DNA of 64,000 bases. Source: the human T2T-CHM13v2.0 reference genome, Homo sapiens. The notes beneath the pieces were generated by a model. It was not told the DNA's origin. It did not search any database and worked only from the letters and a program-made list of their open reading frames with translations. A program made the position numbers and the translations under genes. Every line of letters begins with the position of its first letter. Positions within the stretch are counted from its first letter, which is position 1. Positions 1-13,995 of this stretch are shown in pieces. The stretch is taken from NCBI RefSeq assembly GCF_009914755.1, contig NC_060929.1, one strand, 5' to 3'.

Positions 1-249
1 AATCCAAATTGATTGATTTTAAAAAGGGAAAAGTGATCATGTACAGATTTGGTTTCCAGACTTTCTATCTTTGCCAAAAAATACTGAATCTGAAAATTTC
101 TGAAATTCTACTCATTTTCAGATCAAACTAGAAGTAAGCTTTAGTCTATCAGTCTTCAAAGCATATACGACTTGGATTTACTTTGGATAATTGGCTAGGA
201 AAAGCATGTCACTGAAGATTGTGAAATCTTATAAAATGAATTAAAACCT

Positions 250-358
250 CATTTATTCATTCAACAAATTTTTATCATCCATTTGCCGTGCTATGTGCCA
301 GATACTATTTTAGGTGCTAGAGATACGGGAGTGGATAAATCAGATAAAAATTCTGTTT
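250..358 (-). mobile_element. LINE-2 3' fragment
   Basis: ttcattcaacaaat...tatgtgccagatactattttaggtgctagagatac is typical of the L2 3' end in reverse. Confidence 0.6.
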
Positions 359-367
359 CTTCTAGGG

Positions 368-676
368 CAGGGGTCAAAAATACTCAGATAGCAAATATTT
401 CAGGCTTTGGGGGCCAAGTAGTTACGCTGTGACTACTCAACTCTAACACTGGAGTCTGAAAGCAGACACAGACAATATTTAAATAAAGGGCATGGCTGTG
501 TTCCCATCAGACTGTATTTAGGGACACTGAAATTCAAGTTTATTTCATGTCATAAAATATTATTCTTTAAAAAATTTTTCCAACCATTTAAAAATACAAA
601 AGGCATTCTTAGTGAGCCATACAGAAGCAGACCATGGGCTGGATTTGGCAAGTTGTCTGTAATCTACCAACCCCTG
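368..676. mobile_element. hAT-Charlie MITE (MER58-like)
   Basis: Termini caggggtc...aacccctg, flanked by an 8-bp TSD ttctaggg/ttctagga. Confidence 0.75.
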
Positions 677-995
677 TTCTAGGAAATAAATATATAATAA
701 TCATGTCCTTCTAATATTGAAAACCAAATCCTTAATTGAAGTAATTGGAAGACATGTTTTATGAAATCTTTGAAGCTTTTTTTTCTCACTATTTCATTTA
801 TCAATTATAAAAAGTATAAAACTATACTTCATTATAAAAATATCTTCTACTAGAAAATGATTCTGTAGAAACAGCCGTATGTTCATGGTTCTTACTATGT
901 TATCATTAGCATGTATTGATATAGTTTTAATGAATTACTTAAAGCTGTACATTTTAAAATAATGTTTTCATAATTTTTTCTTATTGCCATGCAAG

Positions 996-1164
996 TCTCA
1001 TTTTGTGTCAGCACTTACAGTTTTTATCAACTCAAAATCATTATCATCAATCAAAATTGAAGATACACCAGTGGATGATCCTTCATTGAAGATTCTTGTG
1101 GCCAATAATAGTGACACTCTAAGACTCCTAAAGATGAGTAGCTGTCCTCATGTTTCATCTGATG
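996..1164 (+). pseudogene. FBXL21P: FBXL21(P) penultimate exon (F-box/LRR protein, FBXL3 paralogue), with broken splice donor
   Basis: Acceptor AG at 994-995, then [57 protein letters not shown], which matches FBXL3/FBXL21 LRR sequence. The phase-1 junction needed by the next exon falls after G1164, where the intron starts ATGGGT. Confidence 0.9.
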
Positions 1165-1531
1165 ATGGGTTACATTTTTTAAAGCTAGAATGATATGATA
1201 TTTTTATTACAATAACTATAAAGATGCAATTTCCTTTTGAAAATTATATACCTATGAAGCATAAATTATTTAAGTTTTTTCAAAAGATTTCTTAATCTGC
1301 AAGGTAGGTATAGTTATAGTAAGTTTCTCCTGAGATATTTTAATTTTACATATATACATATGCTTTTCATTATATACATAATACCTCCTGGCAGCCATGC
1401 TCTCAGAAGTTGTTATTAGATAGCTATTTTCACAAATAATGAATAATTAATATTAAATTTAAATTTACAAAATATTATATTAGGATCAGTATGATTCTTT
1501 GTTCTTGAGAATTTTCCCCAACTTCCCACAG

Positions 1532-2175
1532 GAATTCTTTGTGTAGCTGACCGTTGTCAAGGCCTTAGAGAACTGGCGTTGAATTATTACATCCTAACTG
1601 ATGAACTTTTCCTTGCACTCTCAAGCGAGACTCATGTTAACCTTGAACATCTTCGAATTGACGTTGTGAGTGAAAATCCTGGACAGATTAAATTTCATGC
1701 TGTTAAAAAACACAGTTGGGATGCACTTATTAAACATTCCCCTAGAGTTAATGTTGTTATGCACTTCTTTCTATATGAAGAGGAATTCGAGACGTTCTTC
1801 AAAGAAGAAACCCCTGTTACTCACCTTTATTTTGGTCGTTCAGTCAGCAAAGTGGTTTTAGGACGGGTAGGTCTCAACTGTCCTCGACTGATTGAGTTAG
1901 TGGTGTGTGCTAATGATCTTCAGCCTCTTGATAATGAACTTATTTGTATTGCTGAACACTGTACAAACCTAACAGCCTTGGGCCTCAGCAAATGTGAAGT
2001 TAGCTGCAGTGCCTTCATCAGGTTTGTAAGACTGTGTGAGAGAAGGTTAACACAGCTCTCTGTAATGGAGGAAGTTTTGATCCCTGATGAGGATTATAGC
2101 CTAGATGAAATTCACACTGAAGTCTCCAAATACCTGGGAAGAGTATGGTTCCCTGATGTGATGCCTCTCTGGTAA
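1532..2175 (+). pseudogene. FBXL21P: FBXL21(P) last coding exon, open to its TAA
   Basis: Acceptor cccacag|GA at 1530-1531. Reads (G)[21 protein letters not shown]...[12 protein letters not shown], the FBXL3-type C-terminal tail ending in Trp. Covers ORF 1579..2175. Confidence 0.93.
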
Positions 2176-2827
2176 TGGGCTGCCAAAGATTCTGAAATTG
2201 TTGTTGTTGTTTTTTTTAATCAGTATGATTAGCTGCTTTCTATCTAAGCAAATGTAAATTTTAAAATGTGTTGCTGCTGTATTTTAGGTCAAATATTTGA
2301 TTGTTTGCAAACTGTCGTAATGGATTGCTGCAGAAACATTTGGAAAAAAATAAGAAATTTGAAAAGCAAGAAATTGCTGTAAATAGGGCACAAGCCCTGT
2401 ATATGGATTAGATGGTCGATATGCCAAAAACTACAGATGGTTTCTAAGTAGATTTCTCACCTTTCCTTGGAGGCATATTGTAGCTTGCTAAGTAAGTGTG
2501 TAATATTGAACTTGGATTCTGTAAAGTTATGTCATTTGCTTTATTACATTGTTTTATTTGATTCTATTTTATCTTGGTATTAATATATTTTATAAAATAT
2601 AAAATATTTTAAAGCTTATTTAACTATAACATTTTTAGCACCCTATGAGATCATCTTGTGATTCAGTAAAAAACTTCTAATTTCCAAAGTACTTCAGATT
2701 CTACTTTATTATATTGAGAGATAATGGACATTCGATTAAAATTTAAAAATACTAATTCATTTCATAATGATACTGAGGTGAAAAGACAAGAGATAGTCAT
2801 TCTGATTGTTAGTTGGTAGACTATTTG

Positions 2828-2833
2828 AATAAA
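2828..2833 (+). promoter_or_regulatory. Candidate polyadenylation signal of FBXL21P
   Basis: AATAAA about 650 nt after the stop codon, followed by a GT-rich tract (gatgtgtttgg). Confidence 0.5.
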
Positions 2834-2954
2834 GCAGTAAATGTTGCAGGATGTGTTTGGGAGGGAATCAGCATTTGCTGCCTCCTGCTATGGATCTGGA
2901 ACTGTGCCAGATCCTTTGCATAAGTGATCTTAGAATTTAATTAGCAACACAGTT

Positions 2955-3490
2955 AGAACTCCTTAGTGGCTGCTTATTGTCTTGAGGGTGAAGATCTAGC
3001 CTTAAAATAACCCACAAGGTCCTGCAAGGTCTGGTCCCTCCCTGCTTCTTTTGCCTCATTTCCCATCAAGCTGCCCCTTGCCCTTCAGTTCCCATTTCCT
3101 CTCAGTTCCTTAGAACTGTCCTGCACCCTCTAGTCACAAGGAATTCACTCGTATCTCTCTTTGCCTGGCTTACTCTCTGTGCTCCTCAGATCTTTCCTCT
3201 AGCTGTATGTCCTTGATCATGGAAGCCTTCCTGGACACCCAGCCCATTCCCTGCTCTTAGGTCAGGTCCACGATGTGCACTCTGTGCAGGGCACTCAGCA
3301 CCCTGGCTTTACTGTGCGGCACTTATCCCTGTTATAATTCATTACTTACTGGTCTGATTATTACCTGTTTGTTCCATTGCACTGTAAACTCCATCAGTGC
3401 AATATCCTTGCTGTTTTTTGCTCACTGTTTTATCCCCAGAATCTGCCATGCTAGTGGTTAGCACGTAGTAAGCACTCAATAAATTTTACG
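2955..3490 (+). mobile_element. LINE-2 fragment
   Basis: Pyrimidine-rich L2 body ending in gcacgtagtaagcactcaataaat. Confidence 0.6.
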
Positions 3491-4003
3491 TAAGTACTTT
3501 GGTTTTCAAGCTTGTTCCACTCAGTTTGCCCCACAGTATCTTAAATTTTGAATAAATCAATTAAAATAAAAAGAGAGAATTAAATATGTTCATCACTTTC
3601 CAGTTTGGAATATTAGGAAAAAATTATAAGTATTTTTACCTATTAAGCAATTAGAATACATTGTGATGTGTAAATGGCAGTTTAAAAAATAGCACTTTCA
3701 TATCCCTGTATTTAGAGACTATGTTTGTGTGTACATTCTCACCACTGTGCCATGTTATTTCTCACTATAAGCTCTGTAAGGCTTCTCATATCTACCTATG
3801 TGTTCCTCCCTCTCAGAGCAGTATTGCTACATTAGTAATTACTCCATAAATGCTAGTGGAGCTGATTTTATTGGTTAAAAAAAATAAAACCAATTTCTTG
3901 AGGACGGGGGTGGTACTACAATTACAGATAATACAATTTATACTTTAAGATTTCAGGAGCATACAGAAGCATCATATAATACAGGACTTAAAACCTGATT
4001 AGG

Positions 4004-4374
<371 letters not shown>

Positions 4375-6076
4375 TCAGAGCAGTGGTGGACATTCTGAAG
4401 GGATAAGCCTCTGGTCTCACCTGGGATCACTCTACCATGATATATTCTAGGAGGAGTTGGGAGTATACATACCCGAATGGTCAGGTGATAGAATGCCAGT
4501 GGAGTTTGCACTGAGGATAATGAAGCAAAACAGAGGGACTAGAGAAGGGAGGTTGGGGGTGAGTTTCTCCCCATTGTCGACTAGTATGGAGAGATGATGA
4601 GTACCATTGGCCTCTTCTACATAGAATGAGAAGGTGCTGCTCTAAATTGTGCTTTTTAGTGGCCCAGTAGTTGAACCTAGTGAACTAAGCACTATAATGA
4701 ATCTTAGAGCAAAACTCAGAGTAAATCTAAGTTCATGAACTCATGTAAATTACCTTGATTGGCCTGACTTACTGGGTAAGTAAATGGAAGAGTAAAACAT
4801 TCCTACAACAGCCAAAAATAAGACAAGAACTTATAGAGTATTTTAAATGTTTTATCTAATGAAAATGTCTCTACTTTGGAAGTCTATGAAAAGTACTGTT
4901 TACTTAAAACTAGTGGATTCTAGATAAAGGATTTGACATTAAGTGGGTTTCAAACTTTAGTCTTTGGAGAATATTTTAGTTCTGTAAGCAAACTTTTTCA
5001 TGTTAAAAGTGTTTACATTTGTTAGATGATTCTGGAGAAGTTTGGATAATTTTGTGGGCAAAAATTTGGTAAATGGAGAGAATGGGGGAAAGGTCTTACT
5101 GTAGGTTGTGCTGAAGAAACACAAAAATAGGATGCTCATATTTTTTGTTTTTCCTTCCTTGTGATCCTTGCTGGCCTCATTTGTATTGTACCAAATATGG
5201 GAGAGGTGAGTCAGGAAGCAAGCCTATTTTTCATGGGTATTGTTATTAATAACATGTCACAGAGGCAACAGGTATGTGATTACTGTAATATGCCACTGAG
5301 TGTGATAAATGTCAAATGGATGCAAGGATTCTTCCTTTTGTAGCCTGGCCTCTTAAATTGGCCACTTGCCTCCTTCTTTTTCTTCTATTAAATTTATCTC
5401 TTGCAGATAATTCAAAACATTTTCAAAGTAAATATTGGTTTTATTCACATTATTAATGTGTAGCTATCAAACCTGACAGAATAATATCACAATTTTTGAA
5501 GTGTATATTATCATCATGGTTACTAATGAAAAGTAAGTTTCTCCATACTGTTACCCCTTTGCCATTCAAACCTTTGTAACATTTTTATGCTTAAGTCAAA
5601 CGTTTTGACATCCAAACCTAAAAGACAAGGGGGAAAATAACACGGATTTGTTGTTGCACTAGAGGGCGCTGTATTCCAGTTCTTCCTGAGAAATAAGTCC
5701 TTTGGTCCAAAGTTTGCATTTCCATTGAGCAGATGTGAGAAGGCTGAGGGGAAGGCAATGTCCCTGCTCTACCTTGAGGAATTTCTCCATTCCAGGTCAT
5801 GAGTCTGGTTTTTAAAACAATATCCATATCCACCTGTGTTTTGCCTCCTAAATAATCAGAAGGATGATTATTTGGAAAACTAAGCATATATTTTATTGTG
5901 CAAATATTTCAGAGTTTCTTTTAAAATTGCCTTTAAGAGCTGATGTGCTATTTCCTTTTTGTGTGTCCTCAGTGGTGTACAGCATTTATTTTTTGAAAGC
6001 CAAATTTCTGGAAACAACCTAAAGTTATTTGGTACCAAGGAGATGCATATTCAAATCAGACAGTGCTAGATATAGT

Positions 6077-6128
6077 TTGCCATTGAAAGTAATAGCAAAA
6101 ACCGTGATTACTTTTGCACCAACCTAAT
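6077..6128. mobile_element. MADE1 (mariner MITE), partial
   Basis: tttgccattgaaagtaatagcaaaaaccgtgattacttttgcaccaacctaata matches the MADE1/Hsmar1 TIR. Confidence 0.8.
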
Positions 6129-7437
6129 AGATATAAGAAGGTGCTAAATGTGTGACATAGATTCTCAATTACCTGAGAGTCATCATGATAACTCTTTCTT
6201 CCTGGCCACCCACTGCAAGTCCTGTTGCTTCTGTGACATGTTATTCATAATAATAAATACCCATGAAATCACCTCCCAACTGCAAAACTACAGCACTGAT
6301 AGTAACTTAAATCTTTCTGTGTGGTCCTCTCTATCTAGTTATGAGTTAACTAGAGTTCATTATTTTCTTGCTTGCCTTCGTATATGATTTTGTTATATAA
6401 AAAGGAAATTGTATTTTAATTTCCTTTTTATTCTTTTAATGTTATAAAAAGAATTATCATCCATTATGTAATCTTCTGGACTTTTTAAAACTTAAAATTA
6501 TATTGCCATGATTCATTCAGGTCATTATGTTTAGCTGAAGTTCATTTATTGTGACTGCTGTTGACTATTACATTCTATAACTTTGAGATTATTTATTGGA
6601 TTTCACTGTTGATGGGCATTTAGGTCACTGAAGGTTTTGCTATGAAAAATAGTGATATCATGAACATTCTCATACATATGCCCTGATACACAAATGCAGC
6701 CATTTCTCTAACAATAAACTTCAGTTAATTATGTTTTCCTCTAACAATCTACACATAAGAATATAATCATTCTGCTGGCATTTTCTGCATTCCGAACAAA
6801 TTTAAGCAGAAATTCATGAAGTTTCCAGAATGATTAGTTCAATGTATTCATTTCTTACCAACTGGCTAAACTCTAAGGAGCCAGAATTATTTCTGGTCCT
6901 TTGGACATTTGTATGGTCTTGTTTCCTCATAGTACCTGTTGTCAATATAACTAAGACAGAATAACATAGATATAATACAATGATGTGTAGAAATAAGTAG
7001 CTGTAATATGCATATGGCTAGATGAAGTTGACAGGCCCAATTCCATGAGACACTTCAGATAAAGGTAGGCCTCATTCTCACTCTAGTCCTTCCTGTAGTG
7101 CAGCCTCACTGTTTTCTTGGGATATGTTTTCTTGGACTGCCATCATTCATAATCATGTGGGTGAGTGGATGGAAATACCAGCAAATCCTTTATTATCCAT
7201 GAAAGCAGCTCTCTCTCCAACCAATATGATAAACCTAAGGATATTGCTGAGAGTCTACTACCTAAACTCAACTTATTCATTGAATATGTATTAAATGTAT
7301 ACTAAATCTAGCATTATAAACCACTCACTGTTCTTGTACCGTAGAAACACTTTCAGGCTTTTTCTTATTTTCAAGCAGAAAGGTTGCTAGTTTTAGAGGT
7401 GTCAAAAATGCAGCCTGGCCCAGCGTAAGTTCTCTTG

Positions 7438-7443
7438 TTTATT
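7438..7443 (-). promoter_or_regulatory. Candidate distal poly(A) signal of LECT2; a proximal AATAAA lies at 7814-7819
   Basis: tttatt on + (AATAAA on -) about 400 nt and about 30 nt downstream of the LECT2 stop. Confidence 0.55.
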
Positions 7444-7619
7444 TATCTTAGATCTTTGGGACTGAGAAATCTAAAAAATAAAACCACTCAGATTCCATAG
7501 GTGACAGATCAAAGAGCCCGAAGCAACCAGTTCACATGAACATCAGAGTGACAATGAGTTAAAATCAAAATGTTTTCTTTCTTGCATTTATCATGTTTCT
7601 ATTTAAACTCAAATTTCCT

Positions 7620-7765
7620 TTTTTTAATTAAAAAATTTTTGTGGGTACATAGGTGTATATGTTTATGAGGTACATGAGATGTTTTGATACAGGCATGCAA
7701 TGTGTAATAATCATGTCATGGAAAATGGGGTATCCATCCCTTCATGCATTTTTCCTTTGTGAACA
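7620..7765 (-). mobile_element. L1MA-type 3' end fragment inside the LECT2 3' UTR
   Basis: tttttgtgggtacatag...gatacaggcatgcaatgtgtaataatca, homologous to the L1MA end at ~48580-48720. Confidence 0.7.
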
Positions 7766-7846
7766 CAAATTTCTTGAAGAGAAGGGTATGCATCCAGGTT
7801 TTTAAGATGACTTTTTATTTTGAAGATCTGACCATTGGCCTTCGAT

Positions 7847-8900
<1,054 letters not shown>

Positions 8901-8904
8901 TTAT

Positions 8905-9520
<616 letters not shown>

Positions 9521-9569
9521 TCTGCTGTAGAAGAGCTAAAACTCCATCAGGTAGGTTTTACGAATAAAT

Positions 9570-11090
9570 ATTAAACAAAAGATGTGCAAGACCTCTACAC
9601 GGAAAACTACAACAACCATTAATATAACAGTGAAGGAAGACCTAAGTAAGTGGAGGACATAATATGTTCATTGATTGGAGGACTCACTACTTTAAAAATA
9701 TTAGTTCTCAATTTGATCTGTATATTTACTGCAGATTCAGTCAAAGCCCCAGCAGGATTTTTGGTGGAAATTAGCAAACAGATTCTGTAATTTATTTGGA
9801 AATGCAAATAACCAAGAATTGCCAAGGCAGTCTGAAAGAAGAAGAAAGTCAATTCCAATTATGCATTCTGGAACTGGGGAAATAACCTCTTGGTAGATTG
9901 GAGGATGCACTGGGCTCACTGTAAGATGGACCCTAGTGAAAAGCTATATTTACCACCTGACTCTAAGCCCCTAGTCTGACTGGTGAACCACAGTGGCCTT
10001 TTAGATCTCCAGGAATTAGTGTCAGTTTTGAGCAAGTGTCCAGTAATCTCTGAAGAGCCTAATTATTTCTTCCCTAATGTGCTGTCATCCTGCTAAACCG
10101 TTGCAGGTCCCTTTGGGGACAGCTAGAAGTAAGGTTTACAGTATAAATGTTTGGCTGCGTAGCAGGACCCTTACGCAAAAGGACTGAGCCTCCCTTTTGT
10201 TCAAGAGGCTCTGGGACTGTGAACCAATTCAAGCCTGGGAATTTATTGGGAATTGGGACCCATTATTGTGATGACTGAAGTCAGCATTTTGTTCATCAGA
10301 CCTGGAGCATTTCCATTCATACAAGTCCAATAAGGCTTTAGTTGGCTGCTCATCTATTCAGTTCCTGAGTCACCATGATTACTAGCCAGTGTCACAAATC
10401 TCTGAGATTTAGACGAATCTGATTACTGCTTCTGCTCTCACTGACCTTGGCATTAACTGTTAAGTGCCACTACAGAGGACACAGTTCAATGGCAGAAGTT
10501 TCCCTTGTGACATTGGCCTACAGAGGACAACCACTATGTAGCTCCTCAAGGATGTGGGTTCGCTCAAAAGATGCCTCTCACAGGCTTGGTGAGGAGGGTC
10601 TCCTCTGGACTCACTCCCAATAGGAATGCATATATATGTTCATTAAAAGGTATAAGGAAGTTCGTAGCAGCAATTTTATAATCATCTAAAACTGGAAACT
10701 GCCCAAAAGTCCATCTGAGGAAGAATAGATAAATAGATGAAAGTATACGCATATAATGGAATATCATGCATCAGAAAGAACGTGGATACAAAAACATAAA
10801 CTGCATAATCACGATGTGGAATGAAAGAAGACCCAAAGAGTGCATGCTGTTTAATTCTATTTATACCATTTTTAGAAACAGGAAGAACTAATACATGGTG
10901 TTAGAACTTGAGATAGTGATTATCTTGCTGGGAATAATGACTAAGTGGTAGCACAAGGGATCTCTGGGATGTGGGTGATGTTCTTTTTCTTGATCTGGGT
11001 GCTGATTACACAGGTGTGTTCACTTTTTGAAATTCACGGAGCTATACATGGATGTGTTGTGCACTTTTATGTGTGTATTTATACCTTGAT
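9570..11090 (+). mobile_element. Old L1M ORF2/3' end, interrupted by an ERVL internal fragment
   Basis: gatgtgcaagacctctacacggaaaactac...ggaaatgcaaataaccaagaattgccaagg (9570-9850). The L1M 3' region resumes at ~10625. Confidence 0.65.
9850..10625 (-). mobile_element. ERVL/MaLR-class internal (gag/protease region) fragment
   Basis: ORF 9737..9919 contains VISPVPECIIGID, which I recognise as an ERVL protease-region motif. Confidence 0.6.
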
Positions 11091-11410
11091 GGAGTAACCA
11101 AACAACAAAACCAATACCTGGAGTACCAGGAGATCTAGCTTTACCTAAAACTTAGAAGCTTTCAAAAATATTTCACATTCAACTCTTGCAGAAGTGCCAG
11201 CATTTATGATTTGTGGGATTTGAGTAAATGCAAGTATCTATCCGTTATGGTTAGCATTGCTGAAAGTGGCTTTGTTTATAGATTGTTAAGCAAAACCACA
11301 TGGGCCACAGGAAGGAATTCCTCCAATCAGCTGTGGGGTTTCGTGAAGTGTGTGCATGAAGCAGAAGTTTTCAGAGAAAATGGTGAAACGTCCTTGAAAG
11401 TGCCTCAGCT

Positions 11411-11559
11411 GGGAGAGGATCAGAAAAAAATATCTATCGGGTACTATGCTTATTACCTGGGTGACAAAATAATCTGTACACCAAATGTCTGTGACATGTG
11501 GTTTACCTATATAACAAATGTGCACATGTACCCCTGAACCTAAAATAAAAGTTTTTTAA
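11411..11559 (+). mobile_element. Very short 5'-truncated L1 (old L1PA/L1PB 3' end)
   Basis: gggtactatgcttattacctgggtgac...gcacatgtacccctgaacctaaaataaaag. Degenerate TSD aaagtgcctcagct/aaaatgcatcagct. Confidence 0.85.
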
Positions 11560-11674
11560 AAAATGCATCAGCTAGTTTGGGTACACTCTATATTCTTTCT
11601 GTTCCAGGTTTTATCATTTTGAAAGAAGTACAAAATCTCTACGTATGGAACCTGCATTAAATAAATGAGCATCA

Positions 11675-11914
<240 letters not shown>

Positions 11915-12929
11915 TTACTGCCTGGGAACATGGTGTTAGCCCACTGTTTGCAGACGAGGTACCAAAGCTTGAAGCTGCCAGAACATGTTGGGATGTCCCA
12001 GGATGCCTCACTCTGTTTAGCCCAATTTTAACCTCCCTCCCCGCAGGTGCTAATAACCATATCATAAAGATGAAAGCATTTAAAATGGTACTTGGTACAT
12101 AATAAGCCTTAAGCAAATATTAGCTACTATTATTTTATGGCATGTTGGGGGAATGAGGCAGTCCATGTAAGTGCATTTTCTAGATACCTAGATCTTGACA
12201 TCTTCAAGCCCACTTTGAAAACAGCTGTCTTTTTATGGGAACCTATCATAAAAGTATCACATGTTACCCTAGTCTTATTTTTCTTGCAGTGATCTAGAAA
12301 AGTGATTGTAAACGTCACTTACTGTATATGGTATTTTAATACAATGAGTGATACCTCCTGGGTTTATTAAAGTGCATGGAGCCCAAATCAAACTATTCTA
12401 GATTGTGACGTGCCTTGAGTTCGTCTTAGCAACCCCTCAGCTCTTGCTTCCCGCTGCTGTCACTATGCCTGCTCTCACCAGCCTCCCCTACCTTCTAATA
12501 GGCTGTCACCTGAACGATCAGGTTCACCAGGATTGCTGCAATTATGTACAAAGCAACACTGAGCAAGCTCAAGAGCCAAGAATTTACTGTATCAATCAAG
12601 TGCATAAACTTTGCAGTATAAGCTGAGTCTGAATTTTGGCAATTCAAGGGACGTTTCCCATATTTCCCTTCTCTTAGTCCTGTTTCAGTATTTGAGGTTG
12701 CTTTGTAAGTAGTATCTGTATATGTGAGAGTTCCCCTCTAGTTAGGATGGAGATCAGTGATATGACTGGACACATGGCTATTTCATTAGAAAGTGGCACC
12801 CCAAGGTGATGTTGGGTATAACTGAAAATTCACAAGTGTGACCCTCATTTTCTGGAAGAGATAGTGGTGCTTTCTCTCCTGCTTAGGGCCAGCCTCTAAT
12901 ATTCAACGTCCAGAGCCTGGGCCAGTAAC

Positions 12930-13120
12930 CGCGTGGTTTGGTGGGAAGAGGAACCAAAAGCCTGAATTCAGGTCCAGGCTTCACCATCTCCAACTGTGCT
13001 TGGCAGGTCCCTTAACCCTTTGGTACCTCAGTTAAAGTTTCTCTTCTATAAAATGGGATAGTTGTGTTTAATAACCCTTTGGAAAAAAACAGTTGAGATA
13101 AGTGAATGTGTGAAGACATT
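12930..13120 (+). mobile_element. MIR
   Basis: Core cccttaaccctttggtacctcagt...ttctataaaatgggata. Confidence 0.55.
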
Positions 13121-13326
13121 CAGAAGGAAAACATTGTGTTTGCTCCCTGATCTTTTCCTTCTTCCACATTCTGATCCCAATTTATAGCTCATACTTGAAG
13201 CAGAGTTCTTGGAAGCTGCTCCAAAGACAGTGATGTAACTGGTTACATCTCTGGTTTTTCATGCTGTCAGAACTGTGAGCCCTTGAGGCAACCAACGTTG
13301 GGCAAGGACACTAAGAAAAGAGGTTA

Positions 13327-13689
<363 letters not shown>

Positions 13690-13702
13690 TCAGTGAATAC
13701 AA

Positions 13703-13995
13703 TTTTTTTTTTTTTTGGATCGGAGTCTCACTCTGTTGCCAAGCTGGAGCACAGTGGCGTGATCTCAGCTGACTTCAACCTCCATCTCCTGGGTTCAAGT
13801 GATTCTCCTTCCCCAGCCGCCTGAGTAGCTGGGACTACAGGTGCGCACCACCACACCCAGCTAATTTTTGTATTTTTAGTAGAGACGGAGTTTCACCATG
13901 TTGGTCAGGATGGTCTTGATCTCTTGACCTCGTGATCTGCCTGCCTCAGCCTCCCAAAGTGCAGGGATTACAGGCGTGAGCCACTGCGCCCAGCT
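13703..13995 (-). mobile_element. AluS (Sc-like)
   Basis: Poly-T followed by a full reverse dimer, with caggatggtcttgatctcttgacctcgtgatc. Confidence 0.92.

Noticed and set aside
984-1193. 69-aa ORF as a standalone gene
   Set aside because: It is the FBXL21 exon read through into flanking intron, and its start is a TTG in the acceptor region.
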